Source: a bacterium
GTDB taxonomy: Bacteria > Bacillota_I > Bacilli_A > RFN20 > CAG-826
Direction: 5' to 3'
NCBI GenBank assembly: GCA_963623195.1
Contig: CAVFKA010000006.1
Span: 102 to 64,101 of the forward strand
DNA length: 64,000 bases
The position numbers and the translations under genes are program-made. Position 1 is the stretch's first letter. The number at the start of each line of letters is the position of its first letter. A model generated the notes under the pieces. That model worked only from the letters and a program-made list of their open reading frames with translations, searched no databases and was not told the DNA's origin. Below, in pieces: positions 19,921 through 28,818 of this stretch.

Positions 19921-21197
19921 AATTTTACCTTTTCTCACTAGGGTGCAAAGTCAATTCCTACGAAAACGATTTATTACGTGAAGAGCTTCTTGCCGAAGGG
20001 AACCTTGAATCGACATCTCCTGAAAATGTAGACTTAATCGTCATCAACACATGCTCGGTAACGGCAACAGCCGATCAAAAATCCAGGCAACATATTAGGA
20101 AGTTCCGTAGAGTATCGCCAAGCGGAATATTAGTAGTCATGGGGTGTTATTCTCAAAAAAACTACGATGAAGCAGCCTCAATTGGCGCAGACGTCGTCGT
20201 TGGAACAAGTCACAGAAAAGAAATACTCTCCTTAATTAAAGAATATCAAGATAAAAAGACTCCAATAATTCTTGTTGATAAGAATAACAGGCAAGAAAAA
20301 TATGAAGAATTCGGATCTTTTGCATTACCAGACAACACTAGAGCGTATTTGAAAATACAGGATGGCTGTAATTATTTTTGCTCTTATTGCCTAATACCGT
20401 TTGTCCGTGGAAATTCCCGTTCCCGTGAAAGAGAGAACATTCTCAGAGAAGCAAAGCTTTTAGTCGAAAAAGGCTATAAAGAAATCGTCATCACAGGAAT
20501 AGAAATCGGATTTTATGGGATGGATTTGGGGGATGGCAGCTACCGTTTAGGTCATCTATTAAAAGATTTACTCGATGAAAACCCCACTTTATATAGACTG
20601 AGAGTGTCTAGTTTAAATCCTTCCGAAGTGGATCAATCCTTCCTTGATGTAATAAGAGACTATCCTTCTTTTGCGTCTCATTTGCATCTTTCTCTTCAAA
20701 GCGGTTCGGAAAACGTTCTCAAAAGAATGAAAAGGCCTTATACAGCAGATGAGTATTTCCAAACGTTAACAAAAATAAGGCAAATAAGGCCCGATATAGC
20801 AATCACGACCGATATGATTTCTGGCTTTTGTGGTGAAACAGACGAAGAATTCTTAGAAAGCGTTAACTTTGCAAAAAAATGCGAGCTTTCTGAAATTCAT
20901 TGTTTTCCATATTCTCCAAGAAAAGGAACGTTTGCCTATACGTTAAAGGATTTGCCAGCAAATATAAAGAAAGAAAGAAATTTAGCATTAATCGAAACTT
21001 CTAAAGAACTTCGTGAAAAATATAGAGAAAAATTCTACGGAAAAGAAATGGAAGTCCTTATCGAAGAATATAATGAAAAAGAAAAAATCGGATATGGACA
21101 CACTTCCAATTTCCTTTTAGTTAAAGTACCTTCTGAAGAGAATATTCACGGAAAAATCCTAAAACTTATTTATTCAAAAGAGAATGCCGCAGACTGA
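19917..21197 (+). CDS. mtaB: tRNA methylthiotransferase MtaB (MiaB-like radical SAM)
   Basis: N-terminal UPF0004 Cys residues, the radical-SAM motif CNYFCSYC, and a TRAM-like C-terminus. It follows rsmE as B. subtilis yqeV does. Confidence 0.85.
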   Translation: MKFYLFSLGCKVNSYENDLLREELLAEGNLESTSPENVDLIVINTCSVTATADQKSRQHIRKFRRVSPSGILVVMGCYSQKNYDEAASIGADVVVGTSHRKEILSLIKEYQDKKTPIILVDKNNRQEKYEEFGSFALPDNTRAYLKIQDGCNYFCSYCLIPFVRGNSRSRERENILREAKLLVEKGYKEIVITGIEIGFYGMDLGDGSYRLGHLLKDLLDENPTLYRLRVSSLNPSEVDQSFLDVIRDYPSFASHLHLSLQSGSENVLKRMKRPYTADEYFQTLTKIRQIRPDIAITTDMISGFCGETDEEFLESVNFAKKCELSEIHCFPYSPRKGTFAYTLKDLPANIKKERNLALIETSKELREKYREKFYGKEMEVLIEEYNEKEKIGYGHTSNFLLVKVPSEENIHGKILKLIYSKENAAD

Positions 21198-21256
21198 TAA
21201 TTGTTAAGCATTCATCGAATGAATATTTAATAATTTTGACATTGTCTAAAATAACA

Positions 21257-21284
21257 TTGAATGATTTTGCCCTTAATCTATAAT
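21257..21284 (+). promoter_or_regulatory. Candidate promoter TTGAAT-16-TATAAT for rpmF
   Basis: Both boxes have correct spacing. The -10 box lies ~32 nt upstream of the ATG, with AAAGGAG between them. Confidence 0.45.
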
Positions 21285-21316
21285 ATTCCGGCTTTTGAAA
21301 AGGAGATGAGAAATTT

Positions 21317-21505
21317 ATGGCAGTACCACAAAGAAGAACTTCGAAAACAAGAAAAAGATTAAGAAGAACACATTTCTATTTAAAATATCCAACATTAGTC
21401 GCTTGCCCACACTGCAACGCTATGATCCAACCACACAAGGTTTGCCCAGAATGTGGATATTATGATGGAAAAGCAGTTATCAAAGTCGATAACGAATCCA
21501 AATAA
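21317..21505 (+). CDS. rpmF: 50S ribosomal protein L32 (zinc-ribbon form)
   Basis: [17 protein letters not shown]... with the CPHC...CPEC motif. Confidence 0.95.
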   Translation: MAVPQRRTSKTRKRLRRTHFYLKYPTLVACPHCNAMIQPHKVCPECGYYDGKAVIKVDNESK

Positions 21506-21524
21506 GTTCAAAAAAAGACAAGAT

Positions 21525-21548
21525 AAGCGCCTCGTGCGCTTTTTCTTT
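21525..21548 (+). terminator. Intrinsic terminator after rpmF
   Basis: AAGCGC-ctcgt-GCGCTT followed by TTTCTTTTCC. Confidence 0.6.
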
Positions 21549-21589
21549 TCCTTTAAATTATGTAAAATAAATTCAAGAAGGTAATTGAT

Positions 21590-22237
21590 ATGAAAATGAA
21601 TAAATATTTCGACCATACATTATTGGCCGCTAACGCTTCCAAAGAAGCAATCTTGAAACTTTGTGCTGAAGCAAAAGAATACGATTTCATGAGCGTTTGC
21701 GTTAATCCTTATTATATAGGGATTGCAAAAGAAGCCCTTAAAGGCAGCGACGTAAAGGTTTGCACCGTTATAGGTTTCCCATTAGGGCAAATGACCACGG
21801 AAGCTAAAGTTTTTGAAGCAGCCGATGCCGTTAAAAAAGGCGCTGATGAAGTTGATATGGTCATTAACGTTGCCGCAATAAAGGATAAGGCTTTTGATTA
21901 TGTTAAAAACGAAATCCATGCAATAAAGGAAGCATGCGATGGAAAATTGTTGAAAGTAATTCTTGAATGTTGTTATTTAAGCAAAGAAGAAATCGCGATT
22001 GCATCGAAACTTTCAAAAGAAGCAGGAGCTGATTTCGTCAAGACCTCGACTGGCTTTGGAAAAGGTGGAGCAACCCCAGAAGATGTTAAAATCATGCGCG
22101 AAACAGTCGGAAGCGAAATGGGCGTTAAAGCCGCTGGCGGAATCCATACCTTAGCTGATTTTGACGCAATGGTCAAAGCAGGGGCGAACCGTATCGGATG
22201 CTCTCACTCCATCGAAATTATCAAAGAGAGCAAATAA
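21590..22237 (+). CDS. deoC: Deoxyribose-phosphate aldolase
   Basis: Class I aldolase with the Schiff-base region DFVKTSTGF, a typical 215-aa length, and the conserved N-terminal DHTLL. Confidence 0.9.
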   Translation: MKMNKYFDHTLLAANASKEAILKLCAEAKEYDFMSVCVNPYYIGIAKEALKGSDVKVCTVIGFPLGQMTTEAKVFEAADAVKKGADEVDMVINVAAIKDKAFDYVKNEIHAIKEACDGKLLKVILECCYLSKEEIAIASKLSKEAGADFVKTSTGFGKGGATPEDVKIMRETVGSEMGVKAAGGIHTLADFDAMVKAGANRIGCSHSIEIIKESK

Positions 22238-23253
22238 TGAAAACGCTATTGTATTTCGAGGACGCTGAAGGAATCAAAACCTCAGGAATAGGCAGAGCAA
22301 GAAGCCATCAGATGAGGGCTCTCAAAAGTGCCGGAATCGATTTTACTTGCGATCCAAATGACAAAGACTTTGTCTTGGCCCATATTAATACCTTATGGGC
22401 TAAATCACATAAGACATTAAAAAAGTGCCATAAAATGGGCATTCCTGTAATAGTCCACGGACATTCAACATATGAAGACTTTAGGAATTCTTTCAGATGT
22501 TGGAAATTAATCGAACCGACATTCGATCATCAAATCAAATACATGTATTCAAGGGCTGACCTCATCATCACCCCAACTCCATATTCGAAAGAATTGATTG
22601 AAGGTTATGGGTTTAACAAAAAGGTTATCGCGATTTCCAACGGAATCGACCTTGAAGAATATAAAGAAGACAAAGAGTCGCAAAATGCCTTCAGAAAAGA
22701 GTTTGGTTTAAAAGAAGATGAAAAATTTGTAATGGGCATAGGCTTCCCTTTCGAAAGAAAAGGGCTACATGATTTCATTGAAGTCGCAAGGAAATTTCCA
22801 GATGTTAAATTCTTTTGGTTTGGGCATTTAGCTAAAATCCTAACTTCGCAAAAAATGCTAAAAGCGATAAAAAACAAGCCTAGTAACGTTATTATGCCTG
22901 GCTATGTCAAAGGAGATTTGATTCATGGAGCCTTACAAACTGCGACATGTTTGTTCTTCCCTTCATACGAAGAAACAGAAGGCATAGTCGTTCTTGAAGC
23001 GTTAGCTTCTAGATGTCCTTTAGTCGTTAGAAATATTGGTGTATATAAACCATGGCTTCAAGATGGCGTTAATGCTCATTTTTGCGATAACAACGAAGAT
23101 TTTGCTAAGCAAATCAAAGAGCTTTTAGATAACGGAGAGAAAGAAGAAATTCTCAAAAACGGTTATCAAGTAGCTTCTGAACGTTCCTTAGACAAAATAG
23201 GCGAACAATTGAAGCAAGCCTATGAAGAATGCATTTCATCCTACAAAAAGTGA
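22237..23253 (+). CDS. GT4-family glycosyltransferase (candidate glycolipid synthase)
   Basis: C-terminal GT-B signature SYEETEGIVVLEALASRCPLVV (EX7E type). The TAATG overlap with the deoC stop indicates coupling. Confidence 0.7.
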   Translation: MKTLLYFEDAEGIKTSGIGRARSHQMRALKSAGIDFTCDPNDKDFVLAHINTLWAKSHKTLKKCHKMGIPVIVHGHSTYEDFRNSFRCWKLIEPTFDHQIKYMYSRADLIITPTPYSKELIEGYGFNKKVIAISNGIDLEEYKEDKESQNAFRKEFGLKEDEKFVMGIGFPFERKGLHDFIEVARKFPDVKFFWFGHLAKILTSQKMLKAIKNKPSNVIMPGYVKGDLIHGALQTATCLFFPSYEETEGIVVLEALASRCPLVVRNIGVYKPWLQDGVNAHFCDNNEDFAKQIKELLDNGEKEEILKNGYQVASERSLDKIGEQLKQAYEECISSYKK

Positions 23254-23338
23254 GAATTCTTAAGATTGTTTCATTTTTTGTTGAAAAAAATATTCTTTCG
23301 TTTAAAATAATCTTCGTTACGGAAAGAAGGTGAAATCC

Positions 23339-23515
23339 ATGTCTGTTAAAGTTGTCGTTCGCGAAGGTGAAAACCTCGATGATGCAGTTCGTCGTTGGAA
23401 GAGAAACGTTAATAAGAGCGGTATTCTTCTTGAAACCCGTAAGAGAGAATGCTTCTATCCTACTTCATTAAAACGTAAAATGAAGTCTGAGATGGCCCGT
23501 CGTAAAAAATGGTAA
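23339..23515 (+). CDS. rpsU: 30S ribosomal protein S21
   Basis: [22 protein letters not shown]... in a 58-aa basic protein. Confidence 0.95.
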   Translation: MSVKVVVREGENLDDAVRRWKRNVNKSGILLETRKRECFYPTSLKRKMKSEMARRKKW

Positions 23516-23520
23516 AAATT

Positions 23521-23550
23521 AATCCTCGATAAATTCGAGGATTTTTTTAT
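23521..23550 (+). terminator. Intrinsic terminator after rpsU
   Basis: AATCCTCGA-taaat-TCGAGGATT followed by TTTTTT. Confidence 0.8.
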
Positions 23551-23601
23551 TTTTTAAAATTTTTTTGTCTCATTTTCAAAAAGTACGTCTATATATAAGT
23601 G

Positions 23602-24792
23602 ATGAGACAATTTATTTATCAAGAAAGTGAAAAAGGCTGCGGTTTAGCAAGTCTTAGAATGGCAATGATTGAGGCCACAGGCGACAAAAACTACAAATAT
23701 ATGCGCCTAGAAAGACATCCACCTTACAATTTGAAAGAGTTACAAGAAGCGACGGCAAAAGAAGGAGGAAAACTAACTTTTTCAAAAGCAAATTCAAAAG
23801 AATGCATCAATGAGGCGTTATCTTTTCCGTGTCTTTTACTATTAAAGGAAAACGGTAACGATCATATGGTTTACGTTCCAAAAAGAAAAAAGACGAAATT
23901 TCTTATTTACGATCCGCAATTCGGACCATATTGGGCAAAAATTGATGAATTGAAAGAAAAATGGACTTTGATTTCGGGGACCATTGAAATGTTCAACAAA
24001 AGAAAGTCGCCTTATGCAAAGCCAAAAATCAGGCCGTCAGAAAGCGTTGTAATTCCGCTAATCACGACCCTTTTATCGTGCTTTTGTATATTTGGCGCAT
24101 TTTATTTCATGCAAAACGATTCAAATTATTTAATTTCAATCGGACTATTAGCTTTGTATGGAATATTTGAAATATTAGGAAAATCTTTGACTATTTCATC
24201 AATGAAAAAATTCGATGAAACCTGGATGCCTTCAATTGCATTCAAAAGGCGATATCTAAAAGAAAGATACCTGCATTATCACGCGCTAAAGAAAACACTA
24301 TATCCTGACGTGCTAACCCTGATCAGTTCGGCAATATTCTCTTTGTCGATTATCGTTTTATTCTCTTTCAATAATTCGATGTTCCTTATTTCCTCCTCAT
24401 GCATTATTTTGTACACCTTTTTATCTACGTTTATTTTTGAAAGAAAAATATCAACAAAGAAAAACGTTTTAGAAAAAATCGAAACAAACTTGTTCAAAGA
24501 CGGTCTTTCAGATGATCAAATACTAGATGCTTTCAAGAATATCAGCAACGAAACATACAAAATTGGCCGTTTTTTGAGCTTTGAAAAAATATTAAGCGTA
24601 GTTGTGGTCATAATGGCAGCATTGATTCCTTTAGCCACGATTGAAAACATTTCTTTAAATTACTATTTGCTTCATTTTGGGGCACTCTATGCTCTTGGAG
24701 AATGCTTGAGAAATTTCTTTGAATACCTAGCAAACAAAGAAAAGAGAGAGAAGGAAGTGATGTATTTTTATGAATATTTCTACAAAGAATAA
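23602..24792 (+). CDS. C39-family (bacteriocin-processing type) cysteine peptidase domain fused to a polytopic membrane domain; no ATPase domain
   Basis: QESEKGCGLASL (Q-x5-C-G), NDHMVYV (His) and IYDPQ (Asp) give an intact C39 triad. These are followed by ~5-6 hydrophobic helices. No Walker A/B or LSGGQ motif occurs in this ORF or its neighbours. Confidence 0.65.
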   Translation: MRQFIYQESEKGCGLASLRMAMIEATGDKNYKYMRLERHPPYNLKELQEATAKEGGKLTFSKANSKECINEALSFPCLLLLKENGNDHMVYVPKRKKTKFLIYDPQFGPYWAKIDELKEKWTLISGTIEMFNKRKSPYAKPKIRPSESVVIPLITTLLSCFCIFGAFYFMQNDSNYLISIGLLALYGIFEILGKSLTISSMKKFDETWMPSIAFKRRYLKERYLHYHALKKTLYPDVLTLISSAIFSLSIIVLFSFNNSMFLISSSCIILYTFLSTFIFERKISTKKNVLEKIETNLFKDGLSDDQILDAFKNISNETYKIGRFLSFEKILSVVVVIMAALIPLATIENISLNYYLLHFGALYALGECLRNFFEYLANKEKREKEVMYFYEYFYKE

Positions 24793-24836
24793 ATAAAAAG
24801 CGATTTTATCGTTAAAATGTGGTAAATTTATATTAT

Positions 24837-25304
24837 ATGTTAGTAGATTTTACAAACCCTTTTGGCGAAGAATACGATTGGTTAGACGAGCATTACAATC
24901 ATTTAGCTTCAACAACTTTTAAAATGCTCAATATTCAAATCAACTATGAAATCGATGTTTCTTTAGTTGATGATGATACGATCCATGAAATCAACAAAGA
25001 ATATCGAAAGGTTGATAGAGTGACGGATGTAATAAGCTTTGCCTTTAATGATGACAAAGATCCTGCAAACGCCATCTTGAACCCCGAAGTTCCAAGAATG
25101 CTTGGAGAAATATTAATCTGTTTGCCTCAAGCAAAAAGACAGGCCGAGCAAATTGGCAATACCCTTCAAAGAGAGTTATCTTTCTTGTTCGTACACGGAT
25201 TGTTGCACCTTTTAGGCTACGATCATATGAAACCCGAAGATGAAGCAGTTATGTTCCCTTTGCAAGATAAGATATTAGAAGAGGACGCAAAAGATGTTAA
25301 ATAA
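24837..25304 (+). CDS. ybeY: rRNA maturation endoribonuclease YbeY
   Basis: HGLLHLLGYDH zinc motif. The start is ATG 24837 or GTG 24819. Confidence 0.9.
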   Translation: MLVDFTNPFGEEYDWLDEHYNHLASTTFKMLNIQINYEIDVSLVDDDTIHEINKEYRKVDRVTDVISFAFNDDKDPANAILNPEVPRMLGEILICLPQAKRQAEQIGNTLQRELSFLFVHGLLHLLGYDHMKPEDEAVMFPLQDKILEEDAKDVK

Positions 25305-25701
25305 AGAAGAACTAATTAAACTAGCGATCGATGCTAGAAATCTATCTTATTCACCTTATTCAAATTTCAAAGTTGGAGCGGCCATCCTAACAAAAGATGG
25401 TGAATATTTCTTAGGAGCCAACGTAGAAAACTCATCTTATCCAGTTTCTATGTGTGCTGAAAGAAACGCCATTTATAATGCGATGATGCACGGAAAAAAG
25501 AAAGATGACTTTATTGGATTAGCAATCGTTGCCGATTCTCCAAAAGCATGTTCGCCATGTGGGATGTGTAGGCAAGTTATCTCCGAATTATACCCAGCTG
25601 ATGCGCCAATTTACTTGGCAAATCTAACTGGAGATTTAAAAATCACTTATATCAAAGAATTATTGCCTTATGCCTTTGAGAAGGAGGATATGCAAAAATG
25701 A
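25294..25701 (+). CDS. cdd: Cytidine deaminase
   Basis: CAERNA and PCGMCRQ zinc motifs in a 135-aa protein. Confidence 0.92.
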   Translation: MLNKEELIKLAIDARNLSYSPYSNFKVGAAILTKDGEYFLGANVENSSYPVSMCAERNAIYNAMMHGKKKDDFIGLAIVADSPKACSPCGMCRQVISELYPADAPIYLANLTGDLKITYIKELLPYAFEKEDMQK

Positions 25702-26597
25702 AATGCGGATTCTGCACTATTTTAGGAAAACCAAATGTCGGCAAGTCGACTTTATTGAATGCTTTATTATCTAAAAAAGTTTCGATAGTAGCGCCAAAAT
25801 CTCAAACAACAAGAGATGATATCATTGGCGTTTATAACGAAAAAGATGCTCAATTAGTTTTTATTGACACTCCAGGTTTATTTGAAGGAGAAGAGTCCTT
25901 ATATAAACAAATGTATCGCTCAGCAAGAAGAAGTCTTTCCGATGTTGATGTCGTTTTGTATTTGGTTGATTCATCAGTAAAAGACTACTCAGCTGATGAT
26001 TCCTTGCTCTCATCTATAAAAACCGACGCTCCAATCATTGTTGTTTTTAACAAAATCGATTTAGCGAGAGCGGACATGATGGAAGAACTTAAAGCCCATT
26101 ATGCTGAAAAATTTCCTAATTACAAACAAATTGAAATCTCCGCTTTAACGAATTTCGGATTAAAAGACCTTAAAAACGAGATTAAATCTCACCTATCTGA
26201 AGGATTGCCTTTCTACCCAGAAGATGTTTATACCGATAAAGACGCATCTTTCATGGCGAAAGAAGTCATAAGAGAAGAATTACTTCATTTCTTAAAACAA
26301 GAAATCCCTCATGAATGCGCAATTGTTATAAAATCATTCAAAGAAAACGAAGACAAAGTAACAATCAAAGCCACAATAGTTTGCGAAAAAGAAACTCAAA
26401 AGCCAATCATCATCGGCAAGGGTGGGGAAATGATCAAAAAAGTTTCCATGACCGCAAGAAGAAACCTCGAAAGCATGTGGAGCAAACATGTCACTTTATA
26501 CACTGATGTCGAATGCATGCCTGGTTGGAGAAATGACAATAGGAAATTGGCTCAATTAGGTTACGGAAAGAGTGAGGATGAAGGGGACGACTATTGA
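25698..26597 (+). CDS. era: GTPase Era
   Basis: GKPNVGKST, DTPG and NKID motifs with a C-terminal KH domain. The start overlaps cdd by ATGA. Confidence 0.95.
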   Translation: MKCGFCTILGKPNVGKSTLLNALLSKKVSIVAPKSQTTRDDIIGVYNEKDAQLVFIDTPGLFEGEESLYKQMYRSARRSLSDVDVVLYLVDSSVKDYSADDSLLSSIKTDAPIIVVFNKIDLARADMMEELKAHYAEKFPNYKQIEISALTNFGLKDLKNEIKSHLSEGLPFYPEDVYTDKDASFMAKEVIREELLHFLKQEIPHECAIVIKSFKENEDKVTIKATIVCEKETQKPIIIGKGGEMIKKVSMTARRNLESMWSKHVTLYTDVECMPGWRNDNRKLAQLGYGKSEDEGDDY

Positions 26598-27303
26598 TTT
26601 GGAAGGCTATGTAATTCGTTTATCTGACTATAAAGATAACGATTGCATGGTAACTTTCATAACCAAAGACGGGATATATTCATTTCAAGCTAGAGGCATT
26701 AAAAAGCCTATATCCAAAAATCACATTTTATCGACTCTTTTAGTCAAAGCGCGTGTCACTTTGCTAAACGATTCATCAAGATACACGCTAAAAGAATCTG
26801 CTTTAATTTCATTTCCTGATTTAAAAGATGATTTCTTGATAACCATCTGCCTACAATTTATCAACGAATTGAACTCGAAGATAATGGATCAAAGCAGTCA
26901 TTTATATGAATATTTAGATGTTTTGCTTTCCAACACTAAAAATGATGTTTCTCCATTGTTAACATTTTGTACTATTTACTTCGCTCAATTTTTGAAAAAC
27001 GAAGGCTATGGCCTAAATGTTGATTCATGTGTATTTTGCGAAAAAAAGAGCGATATTGTCGGGATTTCGATTGCAAATGGCGGTTTCATTTGTCGTGATG
27101 ACATCGAATACGATTCAGAAAAGAAGGAGCCTAGATTCTTAAAAATCATTCGCTTTTGTTTCAAATGCCAGCCATCAGATATGGCAAGAGTAAAATTCGA
27201 AAATAAAGAATGCATACAAGTCATCTCATTCTTATCAACCTTATATGAGGAAAGCACAGGTTTAAAGTTAAAAAGTCTCGAATATCTCAGAAGAGCAATA
27301 TGA
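26578..27303 (+). CDS. recO: DNA repair protein RecO
   Basis: OB-fold N-terminus (EGYVIRLSDYKDND), a CxxC zinc motif (CVFCEKK...), and position after era. The start is ambiguous among GTG 26572, ATG 26578 and TTG 26599. Confidence 0.8.
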   Translation: MKGTTIDLEGYVIRLSDYKDNDCMVTFITKDGIYSFQARGIKKPISKNHILSTLLVKARVTLLNDSSRYTLKESALISFPDLKDDFLITICLQFINELNSKIMDQSSHLYEYLDVLLSNTKNDVSPLLTFCTIYFAQFLKNEGYGLNVDSCVFCEKKSDIVGISIANGGFICRDDIEYDSEKKEPRFLKIIRFCFKCQPSDMARVKFENKECIQVISFLSTLYEESTGLKLKSLEYLRRAI

Positions 27304-27405
27304 GTCCGTGTTGACTATATTATGTCTCTAATATATTCTTATTTTTGTATCGTTTTTATAAAAAACGAAGTAAAATTTCTAAGATAAAAGAAGGAGCCTA
27401 ACATT

Positions 27406-28806
27406 ATGGCAAATAAATTCAGTTTTGAAAAAGTAACTAATCACTTAATTTTGACAGGGTATGTATTTCCCGGATCTCAAATCTATGGTGGATTATCCAA
27501 CACTTGGGACTACGGCCCATTAGGTTCCGAATTAAAGCGTAACGTTAAAGATTTATGGTGGAAAAAATTCGTTCAAGAAAGTCCTACAAACGTCGGACTT
27601 GATGCGGCAATATTAATGAATCCACGCGTTTGGGAAGCAACCGGACACGTTTCTACATTTAACGATCCAATGGTCGATTGCAAAGCCTGCAAATCACGCT
27701 ACAGAGCAGATGAATTAATCAAAAAAGAAGTTCCTACAGCAGATGTAGACGCAATGACTTTTGAAGAAATGGATAAATTCATTCAAGAACACGATATCGT
27801 TTGCCCAACATGCGGAAAGAAAGATTTCACAGGCATCAGAAAATTCAACATGATGTTTAAAACACATATTGGCGTAACAGAAGATGCTTCTTCAGTCGTT
27901 TATTTAAGACCAGAAACCGCTCAAGGCGTCTTTATGAATTTTAAAAACGTCGCAAGAGCTTGCAGAAAGAAACTTCCTTTTGGTATCTGTAATGCAGGAA
28001 AGAGCTTTAGAAACGAAATTACTCCAGGCAACTTCACATTCAGAACAAGAGAATTTGAACAAATGGAAATGGAATTCTTCTGCCAACCAGGAACCGATTT
28101 AGAATGGTTTGCTTATTGGAAAGACCATTGCTTAAAATTCGTTGAATCTTTAGGAATAAAAGAAGACAACTTACGTTTCCGTGATCATGAAGCAGCTGAA
28201 TTGGCTTTCTATTCAAGAGCCACAACAGACGTTGAATATGATTTCCCAACACTTGGTTGGAGCGAAATTCTCGGTGTTGCCGACAGAACCGACTATGATT
28301 TAGGACGTCATCAAGAATATTCCAAAGAAGATTTAACATACACAGAAACATATACGGATGAAGACGGTTCAACCAAAACAAAATCATATTTACCATACGT
28401 TATCGAGCCTTCCATGGGCTTGGATAGACTTATGTTGATGGTCATGGTCGATTCATATGATGAAGAAACTCTTCCAAATGGAGACGTCAGAACCGTCATG
28501 CATATGAAACCATCATTGGCTCCATATAAAGTCGCTATCTTGCCTTTGCAAAAGAAGTTAGTTGAAAAATCCGATGAATTATTCGCAGAATTGAGCAAAC
28601 ATTTCAGCTGCACAACAGATGTAACCGGTTCAATTGGAAAACGCTACCGTCGTCAAGATGAAATTGGAACTCCTTATTGCATCACCATCGATTTTGACAC
28701 TGAAACAGATAACAGCGTCACGATTAGAGACCGCGATACAATGGAACAAATCAGACTTCCAATAAATGAAGTTGTCGCATATATCGAAAGCAAATTAAAC
28801 GCTTAA
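27406..28806 (+). CDS. glyQS: Glycine-tRNA ligase (homodimeric alpha2 type)
   Basis: Full-length class II GlyRS (466 aa) with typical motifs (YLRPETAQG, FRNEISP-like FRNEITP). Confidence 0.93.
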   Translation: MANKFSFEKVTNHLILTGYVFPGSQIYGGLSNTWDYGPLGSELKRNVKDLWWKKFVQESPTNVGLDAAILMNPRVWEATGHVSTFNDPMVDCKACKSRYRADELIKKEVPTADVDAMTFEEMDKFIQEHDIVCPTCGKKDFTGIRKFNMMFKTHIGVTEDASSVVYLRPETAQGVFMNFKNVARACRKKLPFGICNAGKSFRNEITPGNFTFRTREFEQMEMEFFCQPGTDLEWFAYWKDHCLKFVESLGIKEDNLRFRDHEAAELAFYSRATTDVEYDFPTLGWSEILGVADRTDYDLGRHQEYSKEDLTYTETYTDEDGSTKTKSYLPYVIEPSMGLDRLMLMVMVDSYDEETLPNGDVRTVMHMKPSLAPYKVAILPLQKKLVEKSDELFAELSKHFSCTTDVTGSIGKRYRRQDEIGTPYCITIDFDTETDNSVTIRDRDTMEQIRLPINEVVAYIESKLNA

Positions 28807-28818
28807 AAGGATTGATAA

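Noticed and set aside
27304-27405. T-box leaders upstream of glyQS and of hisS-aspS (59029-59038)
   Set aside because: The spacers are only ~100 nt and 10 nt. Neither has a T-box sequence (AANNNGGTGNTA-like), a specifier-loop architecture or a terminator/antiterminator pair.
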